IMG/VR virus record: IMGVR_UViG_3300032285_003860
DNA: 64,000 bases
Direction: 5' to 3' (one strand)
Source: a virus
The notes beneath the pieces were generated by a model. It saw nothing but the letters and a program-made list of their open reading frames with translations. It did not search any database and was not told the DNA's origin. A program made the translations under genes and the position numbers. This document shows positions 49,341 to 58,066 of this stretch, piece by piece; position 1 is the stretch's first letter, and every line of letters starts with the position of its first letter.

Positions 49341-50215
49341 GAATAAATTTCCTCGCAGCTCATTTCACCAAAATCTTTGGCAGTCGGTAGAGCAATAGTG
49401 ACTTGACTTTCATCAAAATAATTCAAAAGCTTTTCTTTATATTCCAATGAAGCTTTGTTTCCAACAAAACTGTTATATTCATCATTGTTTAAAGAAATGA
49501 TGATGCGTCCTGCATCCAATTTTAAAAGGTGTTGTATAATTTTGGGGCTAAGACTAACGCCAAAAGACACAAGAACATTATTTATTCCACATTCCATCAT
49601 CTTTAAGCAGTCTCCAATTGATTCAACCAATATGACACAGTTTGCTTTTTTAATTGCTTCTGAAGCATTGGTTGGGAAAATAAAGTCTTTCTTTTGCCCC
49701 AATATCTTCCATTTTGGTAGAGAATCATTATTTTGCAATAGTCTTCCAGCAAAACCAATCAAATCTTCCCTATCGTTGAATATTGGAAACACATATCTAC
49801 CTTTCATCCTGCCATTTTGGGCTACTCCACCGCCAAACTGATTCAAAACATGGTCAGAAATGCCTCTTTTCTTCCAATATGAGTTATCTTTTAATAATTT
49901 AATTAAAAGTTCCTTGTCAAACTTCTTGGTGTCGCACAATTCTATGGATTCTGAATTACTTATAGATATTGGTAGGTCTCCAATATAATTTTTAGTATCT
50001 CTTATAGAGGGCAAATTAAGCGTTTTCTGCACTAACTGTGCCAAACCACCACCAATACGCTCCGCGTGGTCGTACCATTGACCATTTGATTTTTTAATAC
50101 AAAGAACTGTCGGGTTATCAGAATCACGATATAGGGGTTTTGCCCTCCATACATCTCCAGAATCAACCAAAGTGACATATCCAATACTATTTAATACTGA
50201 AAGAACATCGCTCAT
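49316..50215 (-). CDS. DnaG-type DNA primase (TOPRIM)
   Basis: YW.KRGI, GRYVFPI, IGFAGR, PKWK, LVESIGD, NND and KDFGE motifs; adjacent to DnaB. Confidence 0.85.
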   Translation of the reverse strand: MSDVLSVLNSIGYVTLVDSGDVWRAKPLYRDSDNPTVLCIKKSNGQWYDHAERIGGGLAQLVQKTLNLPSIRDTKNYIGDLPISISNSESIELCDTKKFDKELLIKLLKDNSYWKKRGISDHVLNQFGGGVAQNGRMKGRYVFPIFNDREDLIGFAGRLLQNNDSLPKWKILGQKKDFIFPTNASEAIKKANCVILVESIGDCLKMMECGINNVLVSFGVSLSPKIIQHLLKLDAGRIIISLNNDEYNSFVGNKASLEYKEKLLNYFDESQVTIALPTAKDFGEMSCEEIYSWKKQYLN

Positions 50216-51696
50216 AGTGTTTCCTCCCTTATTGTGGGTTGATCTGCAACCAGAAATTGAGAATTTTGTCTGTTTATTGTATCAAGCAGAGAACCTCTTT
50301 CTTCTACTTTAAAATTATTAATATTAAAATTAATAAAATTAGGCACATATTTCTGGGTTCCATCTGGAAAAGTCCTACGAATCAAGTTGTTGTGCCCTGC
50401 CGCATTCCTCCCTTGATAGCGAGCCTTGATTTCAATCAATTTGTGCGTTCCGCTTTCTGGAGTATCCATAACCATTTCATCCTCTGTTCTGCGACGAAAA
50501 ATGCCCAAATAAGTAGTAAACCACATTAGTCGGTCTGAAAGAGCGATTGCTGAACCATCATCCGTGACATCCTGAGCTTTTTTATTTGTATTTTCTCCAG
50601 AGCGATTCAATTGGATGGCAGTCAACAAAGGAAAGTCGAATTCCACAGAGATTCTCTTGAGCTTGTCTACTTTTTCTCCCAAAGCTTGATGCTCTGCCCA
50701 ATTTTGGGCAAGTTTTTCTCCAGTCAATTTCAGATAATCATAAACTACAATAGCTTTATTACCCCTTCCAACCACATTCAAATACCAACGACGAATAATA
50801 GAACACACTTCGTCAACGTTTTTATTGCCAACATAATAATGATAAGTTTTATAATCTTTCTTAAGATTTTTAAGATGCTTTCTTACCTTTTCAACGTAAT
50901 CAGGATTTTTTCTCCAATTACCGCTTTCAAGATACCAAAGAGGTACTCCTGAATTTGCGGCAGCGGTACGAAATTTAATTTCTTCCGTGGTCATTTCTGT
51001 GTCAAGAACAAGAACGGGGACTTTATTAATCCTTCCTGATTCATTGGCCCAATCATTAAGGATTGTTGTTTTACCTTGTCCTGCGCGAGAAGCAATTGCA
51101 TAAATGTTTCCGCCGCGCAATCCACCATAGCAACGATTAAATTCAGGATACGGAGTGACCAAGCCATTTTCTTCTTGAGGATTATTCCCTCTTTCTTCGA
51201 CCATTTCAAGAATATCTTCGAAAAGCGCAGAGGGCTTACCATCAGTATCAAAAGAAATCATCTTTTCTCCATAGATTGCATCTACTTCAGAAATGGTTGT
51301 ATTTAGTTCTTGATTTGCAGATTTATTAACATGGTCTTTGATTCTATTGCAAGACTCTTCAATATCTCTCAAAGCCCTGAGCTTAACAAGCTCTTTGCAA
51401 GCTTTAAGCGTTGCCTCTTTTGTAATAGAGGCAAAAGAAATACTTTCTACATAAGAAAAAATATCAATATTGTCTTTAAATGCAATACCAAGATTTTTAA
51501 TCTTTTGAGCGAGGATAACTTTGTCAATTTTTTCGTTTTGAAGAAAAGAAGACCTAATGCAGCTATAAATTGTCGAATGAGGCTGGGCAACAAAATCTTT
51601 TTCAGAAACAAAAGATTCTATTTCAGATATTGCATCTTGATTTTGAATCAATCCTGCTAAAACGTGTTTTTCTATCTGTAATGAATGTAAAGGCAT
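50212..51696 (-). CDS. dnaB: replicative DNA helicase
   Basis: EKHVLAGL N-domain; Walker A ASRAGQGKT; DTEM; VYDYLKL; QLNR. Confidence 0.92.
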   Translation of the reverse strand: MPLHSLQIEKHVLAGLIQNQDAISEIESFVSEKDFVAQPHSTIYSCIRSSFLQNEKIDKVILAQKIKNLGIAFKDNIDIFSYVESISFASITKEATLKACKELVKLRALRDIEESCNRIKDHVNKSANQELNTTISEVDAIYGEKMISFDTDGKPSALFEDILEMVEERGNNPQEENGLVTPYPEFNRCYGGLRGGNIYAIASRAGQGKTTILNDWANESGRINKVPVLVLDTEMTTEEIKFRTAAANSGVPLWYLESGNWRKNPDYVEKVRKHLKNLKKDYKTYHYYVGNKNVDEVCSIIRRWYLNVVGRGNKAIVVYDYLKLTGEKLAQNWAEHQALGEKVDKLKRISVEFDFPLLTAIQLNRSGENTNKKAQDVTDDGSAIALSDRLMWFTTYLGIFRRRTEDEMVMDTPESGTHKLIEIKARYQGRNAAGHNNLIRRTFPDGTQKYVPNFINFNINNFKVEERGSLLDTINRQNSQFLVADQPTIREETL

Positions 51697-51708
51697 ACGA
51701 TACTTTAT

Positions 51709-51737
51709 AGTATGCCTTAAAATTAGTTTTTGGTCAA
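51709..51737 (-). promoter_or_regulatory. sigma70-like promoter of dnaB overlapped by an inverted repeat
   Basis: Minus strand: TTGACC-17 nt-CATACT; 9-bp inverted repeat at 51690-51698/51710-51718. Confidence 0.55.
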
Positions 51738-51740
51738 GAT

Positions 51741-52034
51741 TTAAATTACGTCTGAATCGTCTTCACCAGACTGAGCCTCTTCATCCCTTACGGACGTTTC
51801 AATATTGAATCTTGCGCTTTCAATATTCATGTCGTTTAATGCTACAGCCCAATCTGTTATATGCTTTTGTAAAGCTAAACAATGCGCGGGAGAATCAAAT
51901 GTCATTATATTTTCTGGTTGGCCATCTTCATTATTAAAATAAAATAAAATAAACCCTCCAGCCGTATGCTCAACCAATTGATTGATTACTTGGTCTGGAA
52001 CTGACCCATTGTTTTTACTTTTTTGCTTCGACAT
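51741..52034 (-). CDS. hypothetical protein with acidic tail
   Basis: ORF track start is 52043; the second ATG at 52034 fits the spacing from GTGTAA (52051-52046, minus strand). Confidence 0.7.
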   Translation of the reverse strand: MSKQKSKNNGSVPDQVINQLVEHTAGGFILFYFNNEDGQPENIMTFDSPAHCLALQKHITDWAVALNDMNIESARFNIETSVRDEEAQSGEDDSDVI

Positions 52035-52112
52035 CTTGCTCATAATTACACACTTATACCCATCAAGTATATAATATTAATATTAATCATTAATAATTAA
52101 AAAATAAATATA

Positions 52113-52526
52113 TCAGAGTGTAATATTAAATCTTTCTAAGAAGAAGGTTGTTGATAATTCTTTAATTTCTTTTGTATAGATAATGACTTGTTGAAATTTA
52201 TTGTCTAACAACCATTGAGACTTTATTTCGTCGTTCTTTATTCCTTTTAAAAAACTGGCTCTAGAATTATTATGAAAATAATGAAAGTCTTCATGCTGTG
52301 GGCCATGAACTTCTATAGCGATTTTTCTTGTAGCATTTAAAATATCAACTTTCAATAAGCTTCCGTAAACAGGAAATTCTTCATATACGATATTATTTTT
52401 CCAATAAGGATATAAAAATTTTTTTACATCAGCTTGAGCAATGGAGCGAGACTTCTTATCCCATTTGATAAGAAATCTCGTTACATTCTTATTAATCAAT
52501 TTACCATTTACGCTTAAAAGTCTCAT
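52113..52526 (-). CDS. Vsr/DUF559-like endonuclease
   Basis: EEFPV...VDI...KIAIEVHG.QH...D..K..WL motif. Confidence 0.75.
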   Translation of the reverse strand: MRLLSVNGKLINKNVTRFLIKWDKKSRSIAQADVKKFLYPYWKNNIVYEEFPVYGSLLKVDILNATRKIAIEVHGPQHEDFHYFHNNSRASFLKGIKNDEIKSQWLLDNKFQQVIIYTKEIKELSTTFFLERFNITL

Positions 52527-53617
52527 GCTTTGTTCAACGCATTTCTAAATTTATTAAAAAGATAATCTCTAATATCAGTATGCTCTTCTAAATATTTTCT
52601 AAGATTGTCTGAGCCTTGATGTTGTTTTTCCATTTCCAATTTATTTTCTTTTAGTTCCGTCAATAGAGAATCAGAAATCGTTACCCATGCACCTTTGGCA
52701 AGCGCAAACTGCCAAGATAAAAGCTGGTCAATAATTTCGTATTCAATCCAGACGCTTTGTCCATCTTTGCGGCCATATTTGATTGGATACTTTACCTCTG
52801 TTCCTGTCTTTTCATTTGGCGTCTTGCGAAACATTATTTTGCACCAATGACCAATGGGTTTCTCTTCCTTATCTTTAATGATATCTTTTTGCCATCTCTG
52901 CTGAAATTCAAGAATCCAATCGCTGTAATGCAAAGCGGCATTTCCTCCTGAAGCATTTGTGACCTTTGGGTCGCCTTTGACATATTGGCTAATCTGAATA
53001 GATGAGCGAACTTGAGAGATTAAGAAGCAGATATGCCCTCTGCTTGAGAACGCTGCCGCCATCTTCCTAAGAAGGTCTGCCGTCAACAATGCTGCACCAG
53101 CAGTTTTATTTGCTTCTGTCGCAGATTTAAGCAAATCATTTCTAGGAACAAGGGCGTCAAGAGAATCAAGGATAAAGAAATAATATTTATCATCATCTTT
53201 ATCTCTAATAAGACCTCTCATTAAGTCGATTACAAATTCGTAATCGTTAGTAGGAATGACTCTCCATTGATTTGGGTCAGTAGAAACCCCAGACCTACTA
53301 ATAATGTCCGCGCTTAGTCTTCCTTCTGATTTGATATAAATTACTTGACCTTTCTTTGGATGAAGCTTTTGAAAACTTGCTGCAAAAGCCATTGCATTGC
53401 TTGTTTTTCCACCCTCGGTGATTCCACTAGAGCGCACAATTCCTGGGCGAATTCCTCCACCCATCTCAATATCTAAATTGAGACTGCCGCTGCTAACGAC
53501 ATAATCTACTGCTTCGTCAAAAGCATAATGATATTCAGAATTGTCCTTAAGATATTTGTCTAGGACAGTCATTTGCTTATTATCTGGTTCTTCTTTTTGT
53601 TCTTTGATTTTTGCCAT
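52523..53617 (-). CDS. recA: RecA/UvsX-like recombinase
   Basis: SSGSLNLD..MGGG, Walker A G..EGGKTS, LDSLDAL, SQVR, SGGNA..HYS. Confidence 0.88.
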   Translation of the reverse strand: MAKIKEQKEEPDNKQMTVLDKYLKDNSEYHYAFDEAVDYVVSSGSLNLDIEMGGGIRPGIVRSSGITEGGKTSNAMAFAASFQKLHPKKGQVIYIKSEGRLSADIISRSGVSTDPNQWRVIPTNDYEFVIDLMRGLIRDKDDDKYYFFILDSLDALVPRNDLLKSATEANKTAGAALLTADLLRKMAAAFSSRGHICFLISQVRSSIQISQYVKGDPKVTNASGGNAALHYSDWILEFQQRWQKDIIKDKEEKPIGHWCKIMFRKTPNEKTGTEVKYPIKYGRKDGQSVWIEYEIIDQLLSWQFALAKGAWVTISDSLLTELKENKLEMEKQHQGSDNLRKYLEEHTDIRDYLFNKFRNALNKA

Positions 53618-53621
53618 AATG

Positions 53622-54011
53622 TTATTTATATAAATTTAAAAAGTCTTTTAGGGATTTGGGTTGTTTTTTAAAAACAGTGTCTTCTCCTATTTTATTTTGA
53701 GACAGCATTATTTCCTGATGTTTAGGAGAAAAATCGGAAATAGATTTTTTATAATTAAAAAACTGCTCTTGCAAATATTGCTGCCCATAATCCGCAATAA
53801 AATAAGCAAGAGATGGTACTTTTTTATTATACGGAGGAATAACCCAAAGAAGAAAATCTGGATTATACTTTGCGCAAAGAGTATTTGCAATCTTCATTTC
53901 CCTTGGCCAGAAATACTTTTCAGAGAAACTGGCTGGATCAATGAATTTAGAAATAATTTTATGCTGAATCTTCGGCTCTTTTTTAAGAGGTTTTTCTTGA
54001 ATTAATTTCAT
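53622..54011 (-). CDS. hypothetical protein
   Basis: 129-aa basic ORF bridging gmd and recA. Confidence 0.65.
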   Translation of the reverse strand: MKLIQEKPLKKEPKIQHKIISKFIDPASFSEKYFWPREMKIANTLCAKYNPDFLLWVIPPYNKKVPSLAYFIADYGQQYLQEQFFNYKKSISDFSPKHQEIMLSQNKIGEDTVFKKQPKSLKDFLNLYK

Positions 54012-55056
54012 TTACATCTGATAGTACCATACGTTCTACCAGTTTGTCAAATGAAATTTTCGGGGTCCAGCCGAGTTCAGTTCTTGCAAGCGTTGAATCC
54101 CCCAAAAGAATATCAACTTCCGCAGGGCGATAAAATTTTGGATTAATTTTGACCAAAACAGAGCCTTTGACATTCAAATCTTCCGCCAATTTATTTGTGA
54201 TTGAATATTCTTCGCTCAAACCCTTTCCGTGCCATGCTCCATCAATTCCAGCAACTTTAAATGCTTTTTCAATAAATTCTCTAATGGAATGCGTTTCGTT
54301 AGAAGAGAGAATATATTCCTTTGGCTTTTCTTGATTCATCATTAGCCATACGCCTTCAATAAAGTCTTGTGCATGAGACCAATCGCGTTTTGCATCAATA
54401 TTTCCAAGTTCAAGCGGGGCGAATTCTTGATTATTTTCTATTGCGTTTTTAATTCTTGCTACATTGGTCGTGATTTTTCTTGTAACAAACTCAATGCCGC
54501 GTCTTTCGCTTTCATGATTGTATAAAATACAATGAACAGCATATAAATTATAAGAATCTCTATAAACTTTGGTTAAATGTCTTGCCGCAGCTTTTGCTGC
54601 TCCATACGGGCTTCTTGGACGAATTGGATGGTTGAGGTCTTGAGGGGTATAAATTACATCCCCCATCTCTTCAGAGCTTCCTGCGCTGTAAAAACGACAA
54701 TGTGGTGCAAATTTTCGGATAGCTTCAAGGCATCGAAGCACTCCCATTGCTCCCGCATCAAAAGTCTGCTCTGGGATTTGCCAACTGATACCTACAAAAG
54801 ATTGAGAAGCGAAATTAATAAAATAATCTGGATTAACTTCTCTAACAACGTTTTCTATTGATTGAGAATCACACAAATCTCCTGTGACCAATTGGAATCG
54901 GGGATTTTTTAATGCATTTTCAATATTTGAATAGTCTGGTTTAGCAGATCTTCTAACCATCCCATAAATTTGATGATTAGTATGTTCAAGCAGATAGTCT
55001 ACCATATAAGACCCATCTTGACCAGTCACGCCCGAAACTATAATTTTCTTATTCAT
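53983..55056 (-). CDS. gmd: GDP-mannose 4,6-dehydratase
   Basis: GVTGQDGSY, QSFV..S, SSE, PRSPYGAAK, NHES.RRG..FVTRKI, LGN.DAKRDW.HA.D, RPAEVD.LLGD. Confidence 0.95.
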   Translation of the reverse strand: MNKKIIVSGVTGQDGSYMVDYLLEHTNHQIYGMVRRSAKPDYSNIENALKNPRFQLVTGDLCDSQSIENVVREVNPDYFINFASQSFVGISWQIPEQTFDAGAMGVLRCLEAIRKFAPHCRFYSAGSSEEMGDVIYTPQDLNHPIRPRSPYGAAKAAARHLTKVYRDSYNLYAVHCILYNHESERRGIEFVTRKITTNVARIKNAIENNQEFAPLELGNIDAKRDWSHAQDFIEGVWLMMNQEKPKEYILSSNETHSIREFIEKAFKVAGIDGAWHGKGLSEEYSITNKLAEDLNVKGSVLVKINPKFYRPAEVDILLGDSTLARTELGWTPKISFDKLVERMVLSDVNEINSRKTS

Positions 55057-55859
55057 AGTTCATTATAAATCTGCTTGATACCATTTGTCAAGTTTATTTT
55101 GGGATTCCAAAGATTTAAAATATATTTATCTGGTTCATTTTTCTTATTCATTTGGATATCGTATGAATCTCCAATAGAAATTGAGGCACCAGACATAGAA
55201 GAAATTATTTTGGCTATGTCAATAATCTTTGTCCATTCAAAGTTTGTAATGTGAAGATTTTCATTTCTGGAAATTTCTTGATATTTATTCATTAAAATCT
55301 CAAGACATTCAGAACAGTCATCTGCGTGCAAAAATTGCCTCTCTTCTTCTCCAGAAGTTTTTATGGCAATGTGGCCTTTGCTTTTTGCTGCTTTGATAAA
55401 ATCAGTGATTACATGAAACTTCTTTTCGTCTGTTTCTAGCCCATAAACATTCCAAAATTTAACAAGCAATCCGCCAAGATTTTGAGTGTACTTCTCTCCT
55501 ATAGACTTCAATAATCCATAATTTGAATAACTCATATTTGCCATTTGACTTGAAGCAAACAAAAATGGGGTTTTGTATTTTTCTAAAGACTCAAACGTAT
55601 AAAGCATAAGCTTCATATTGTTATCCATAAATTCTTTGGTATCTTGATACTTCTTCAAATATGTTGAGCCTCCCACATCAAACGCTAAAAAGAATACAAA
55701 ATCTATTGATGGCAAAATAGTATTTAAAATGTCTTTTTGTCGCAAGTCTTGTTCTGGATTTTTTTCTATATCAAATTCCTTAACATTATGATTTTTGCTG
55801 AGATGGTTTTTTAATGCTGCGCCAATTTGACCTTGAGAACCTAGTATTAAAATGTTCAT
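55053..55859 (-). CDS. NAD-dependent nucleotide-sugar epimerase/reductase (extended SDR)
   Basis: GSQGQIG, FASS, YGLLK, NVYG, RQFLHADD; likely start 55859. Confidence 0.85.
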   Translation of the reverse strand: MNILILGSQGQIGAALKNHLSKNHNVKEFDIEKNPEQDLRQKDILNTILPSIDFVFFLAFDVGGSTYLKKYQDTKEFMDNNMKLMLYTFESLEKYKTPFLFASSQMANMSYSNYGLLKSIGEKYTQNLGGLLVKFWNVYGLETDEKKFHVITDFIKAAKSKGHIAIKTSGEEERQFLHADDCSECLEILMNKYQEISRNENLHITNFEWTKIIDIAKIISSMSGASISIGDSYDIQMNKKNEPDKYILNLWNPKINLTNGIKQIYNEL

Positions 55860-56686
55860 ATATGTTTTAAAAAGCAATTTTCATATAACCATTTGTCTGG
55901 TGAAGCAAATTTCTGAAATTTATTAAAATTTTCTTCAATTACTTGCTTTTTGTTATTATAGTCTTCTACGCTAATTTTTGCCAGTATCTGTTTCAGGTCT
56001 TCTATTGTTTCCCAAGTATAAAATCCATCTTTATTAAAATGATTTGACATATTTGGGTCTCCCCAATAAATAGGAATACATCCCGAAGCAAAACAATCAA
56101 TAATTTTATCTGTAAAATAATTGGGAAATCTACAGTTTTCCGCAACTATCATATACATATAGTCTTTAAATGGCGCCACTCTTCCATCTGGCTCATCGCT
56201 AAACCATTTATAACCACTTCCCCAAAGTTCAAGTTCGGGGTGCAAATTCATGGATATCAATTTGTGGCGAAGCTGATGTCCTGGAGCATAATTTTTATTT
56301 GATGCAACAATTGATAATAATTTGTTCTTGGGATAGATTTTGCAATTTTGCTTTGGTATCCAACAAGCCCCACCGCAATAAGCTTGTTTATATTTTGGAT
56401 TATTTGGGATTGGAGCGTAAGTATAAATATAATCAAATTTATGTTCTATTTGATGAATATGATTGATTACATACGGTTTTATTATTGGACTTTCTGCTGC
56501 TAGTGCAATTTTGTATTTTGATTTAACTTTGTCTACAATTGGGTCAAAACACATTTCATCTGTAAATAAAGATATGCCGTCAAATTCCATTAGCGGGGGC
56601 TTGATATATTCTACCAAAGGCTCTGGCCAATGCATGTTAATATAAGGTCCATCTCCAGTATTCTTGTCAAAAAAATTAATTTTCAT
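55856..56686 (-). CDS. GT10 (alpha-1,3-fucosyltransferase-like) glycosyltransferase
   Basis: Y...IVAEN....YFTDKI.DCF..GCIPIYWG matches the GT10 signature. Confidence 0.8.
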   Translation of the reverse strand: MKINFFDKNTGDGPYINMHWPEPLVEYIKPPLMEFDGISLFTDEMCFDPIVDKVKSKYKIALAAESPIIKPYVINHIHQIEHKFDYIYTYAPIPNNPKYKQAYCGGACWIPKQNCKIYPKNKLLSIVASNKNYAPGHQLRHKLISMNLHPELELWGSGYKWFSDEPDGRVAPFKDYMYMIVAENCRFPNYFTDKIIDCFASGCIPIYWGDPNMSNHFNKDGFYTWETIEDLKQILAKISVEDYNNKKQVIEENFNKFQKFASPDKWLYENCFLKHI

Positions 56687-57381
56687 ATATTTTTTTTGTG
56701 TTCGTCTATCTTTTTCTCCAATTCTGCTTCTGTATAGTCTTGAAAATGCTGAAAACCTCGTGGGGACATTTGGCGACCCAGATAATTAATTATTGCTTCT
56801 GGATTATTTGAAATATCATGGATATGAGAATATACGCATTCGTTTGCTTTGGCCGTTATATATCCTTTTGTTGCGGCTCTGTATGCAAGCTCTCTTTCGC
56901 AGCCAAGTGGGGAAGCAATTTCATCATAAACATAATCTCCGCAATCTTTTATCATTTTAGATTTTAAACCCAAAACAAATCCCTGCGGTATTGATACTAT
57001 GTCGTTTGGTTTTCCTCCCATTCCCACGCATGAAATTCCTATATTATCTGGGATAAGTGTCTCAACTAAAGACTTATATGTCGCTGGATGAACTGCACAA
57101 TCATCACTCAACATTATTAAATATTTTGACCAAGAAATTTTGTATGCTAGATTTATAGCTTTTGCAAATCCCATATTTTGACTGGAAAAAATAAATCTTG
57201 TTATTCTTGGCTCATTTTTTGCATATTCTAATATTTTCCAACTTTCTTCTGAGTAAAAATTTATAATTAAAATAAATTCATCAGGTGGGAATCCGCTATA
57301 TGCTTCCTCGACTCTTTTTTTGATATTATCTAAAGATTTATAGCCTATCGTTAATATTGCATAATTATTTTTATTATCCAT
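56683..57381 (-). CDS. GT2-like glycosyltransferase
   Basis: NMGFAKAIN...YLIMLSDD; likely start 57381. Confidence 0.7.
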   Translation of the reverse strand: MDNKNNYAILTIGYKSLDNIKKRVEEAYSGFPPDEFILIINFYSEESWKILEYAKNEPRITRFIFSSQNMGFAKAINLAYKISWSKYLIMLSDDCAVHPATYKSLVETLIPDNIGISCVGMGGKPNDIVSIPQGFVLGLKSKMIKDCGDYVYDEIASPLGCERELAYRAATKGYITAKANECVYSHIHDISNNPEAIINYLGRQMSPRGFQHFQDYTEAELEKKIDEHKKNI

Positions 57382-58066
57382 AGAGTTCCTTATAGTCATT
57401 TTCTATTGTTTGGAATTTATTTCCATTTCCATACTTGCATGGACCGGCATAATGAATAAAATTGGAGTTATATCTATTATTCTGTTCGTCAAATTCTCCC
57501 AAATCCATTCTGTTGAAGCTATGAGATAAAGATTTAAATGGAATTTTGTTCTTGGCTACAGCAAAATTTAAAGCAGTTTGCTCTCCTCCGTCAATGCTAA
57601 AGCATTTTTGTGTAAATTGAATTTTTGAAATCAAAGAAAATAGATTAACGTGAGGCTTTGAATATAAAACGCACCCAGAATTAAAATACATTTTTCTGTT
57701 ATCTATCAACGGCCATTCAAAATCTGGACTATAAGTATCAATCCAGGAGTCCCTTTTCATATGTTCTGCATCGCCGTTTTCATTGAATGCGTATAAATAA
57801 TTTTCGTCTGGATATTCTTCAAATATATTTTTTGCAGAAGGGGTAACTAATACGTCTGCATCTAAACATAATACTCTATCATATTCTTCCAAGAGTTCCA
57901 AACATTGAAATTTTTCAAAATAGTGATTTATAAAATTATATTTTTGCCCATTGCACAAAAAGAAAGACAATTGATATTTTTCTGCGTATTTTGCTATAGA
58001 ATTTAAACAAAATTTATATCTGGAAGGATCTCCAAGAGCCAAGCTGAATATTGCTAATTTTTTCAT
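57374..58066 (-). CDS. GT-A glycosyltransferase (GT8/GT34-like)
   Basis: YDRVLCLDADV, YFNSG, EQTALN, FIHYAG. Confidence 0.8.
   Translation of the reverse strand: MKKLAIFSLALGDPSRYKFCLNSIAKYAEKYQLSFFLCNGQKYNFINHYFEKFQCLELLEEYDRVLCLDADVLVTPSAKNIFEEYPDENYLYAFNENGDAEHMKRDSWIDTYSPDFEWPLIDNRKMYFNSGCVLYSKPHVNLFSLISKIQFTQKCFSIDGGEQTALNFAVAKNKIPFKSLSHSFNRMDLGEFDEQNNRYNSNFIHYAGPCKYGNGNKFQTIENDYKELYG

Noticed and set aside
44281-51696. Inteins or introns in dnaE/dnaB explaining the split polymerase
   Set aside because: No intein terminal motifs or homing endonuclease seen; the motifs are contiguous and the intervening gene is a DEDDh exonuclease
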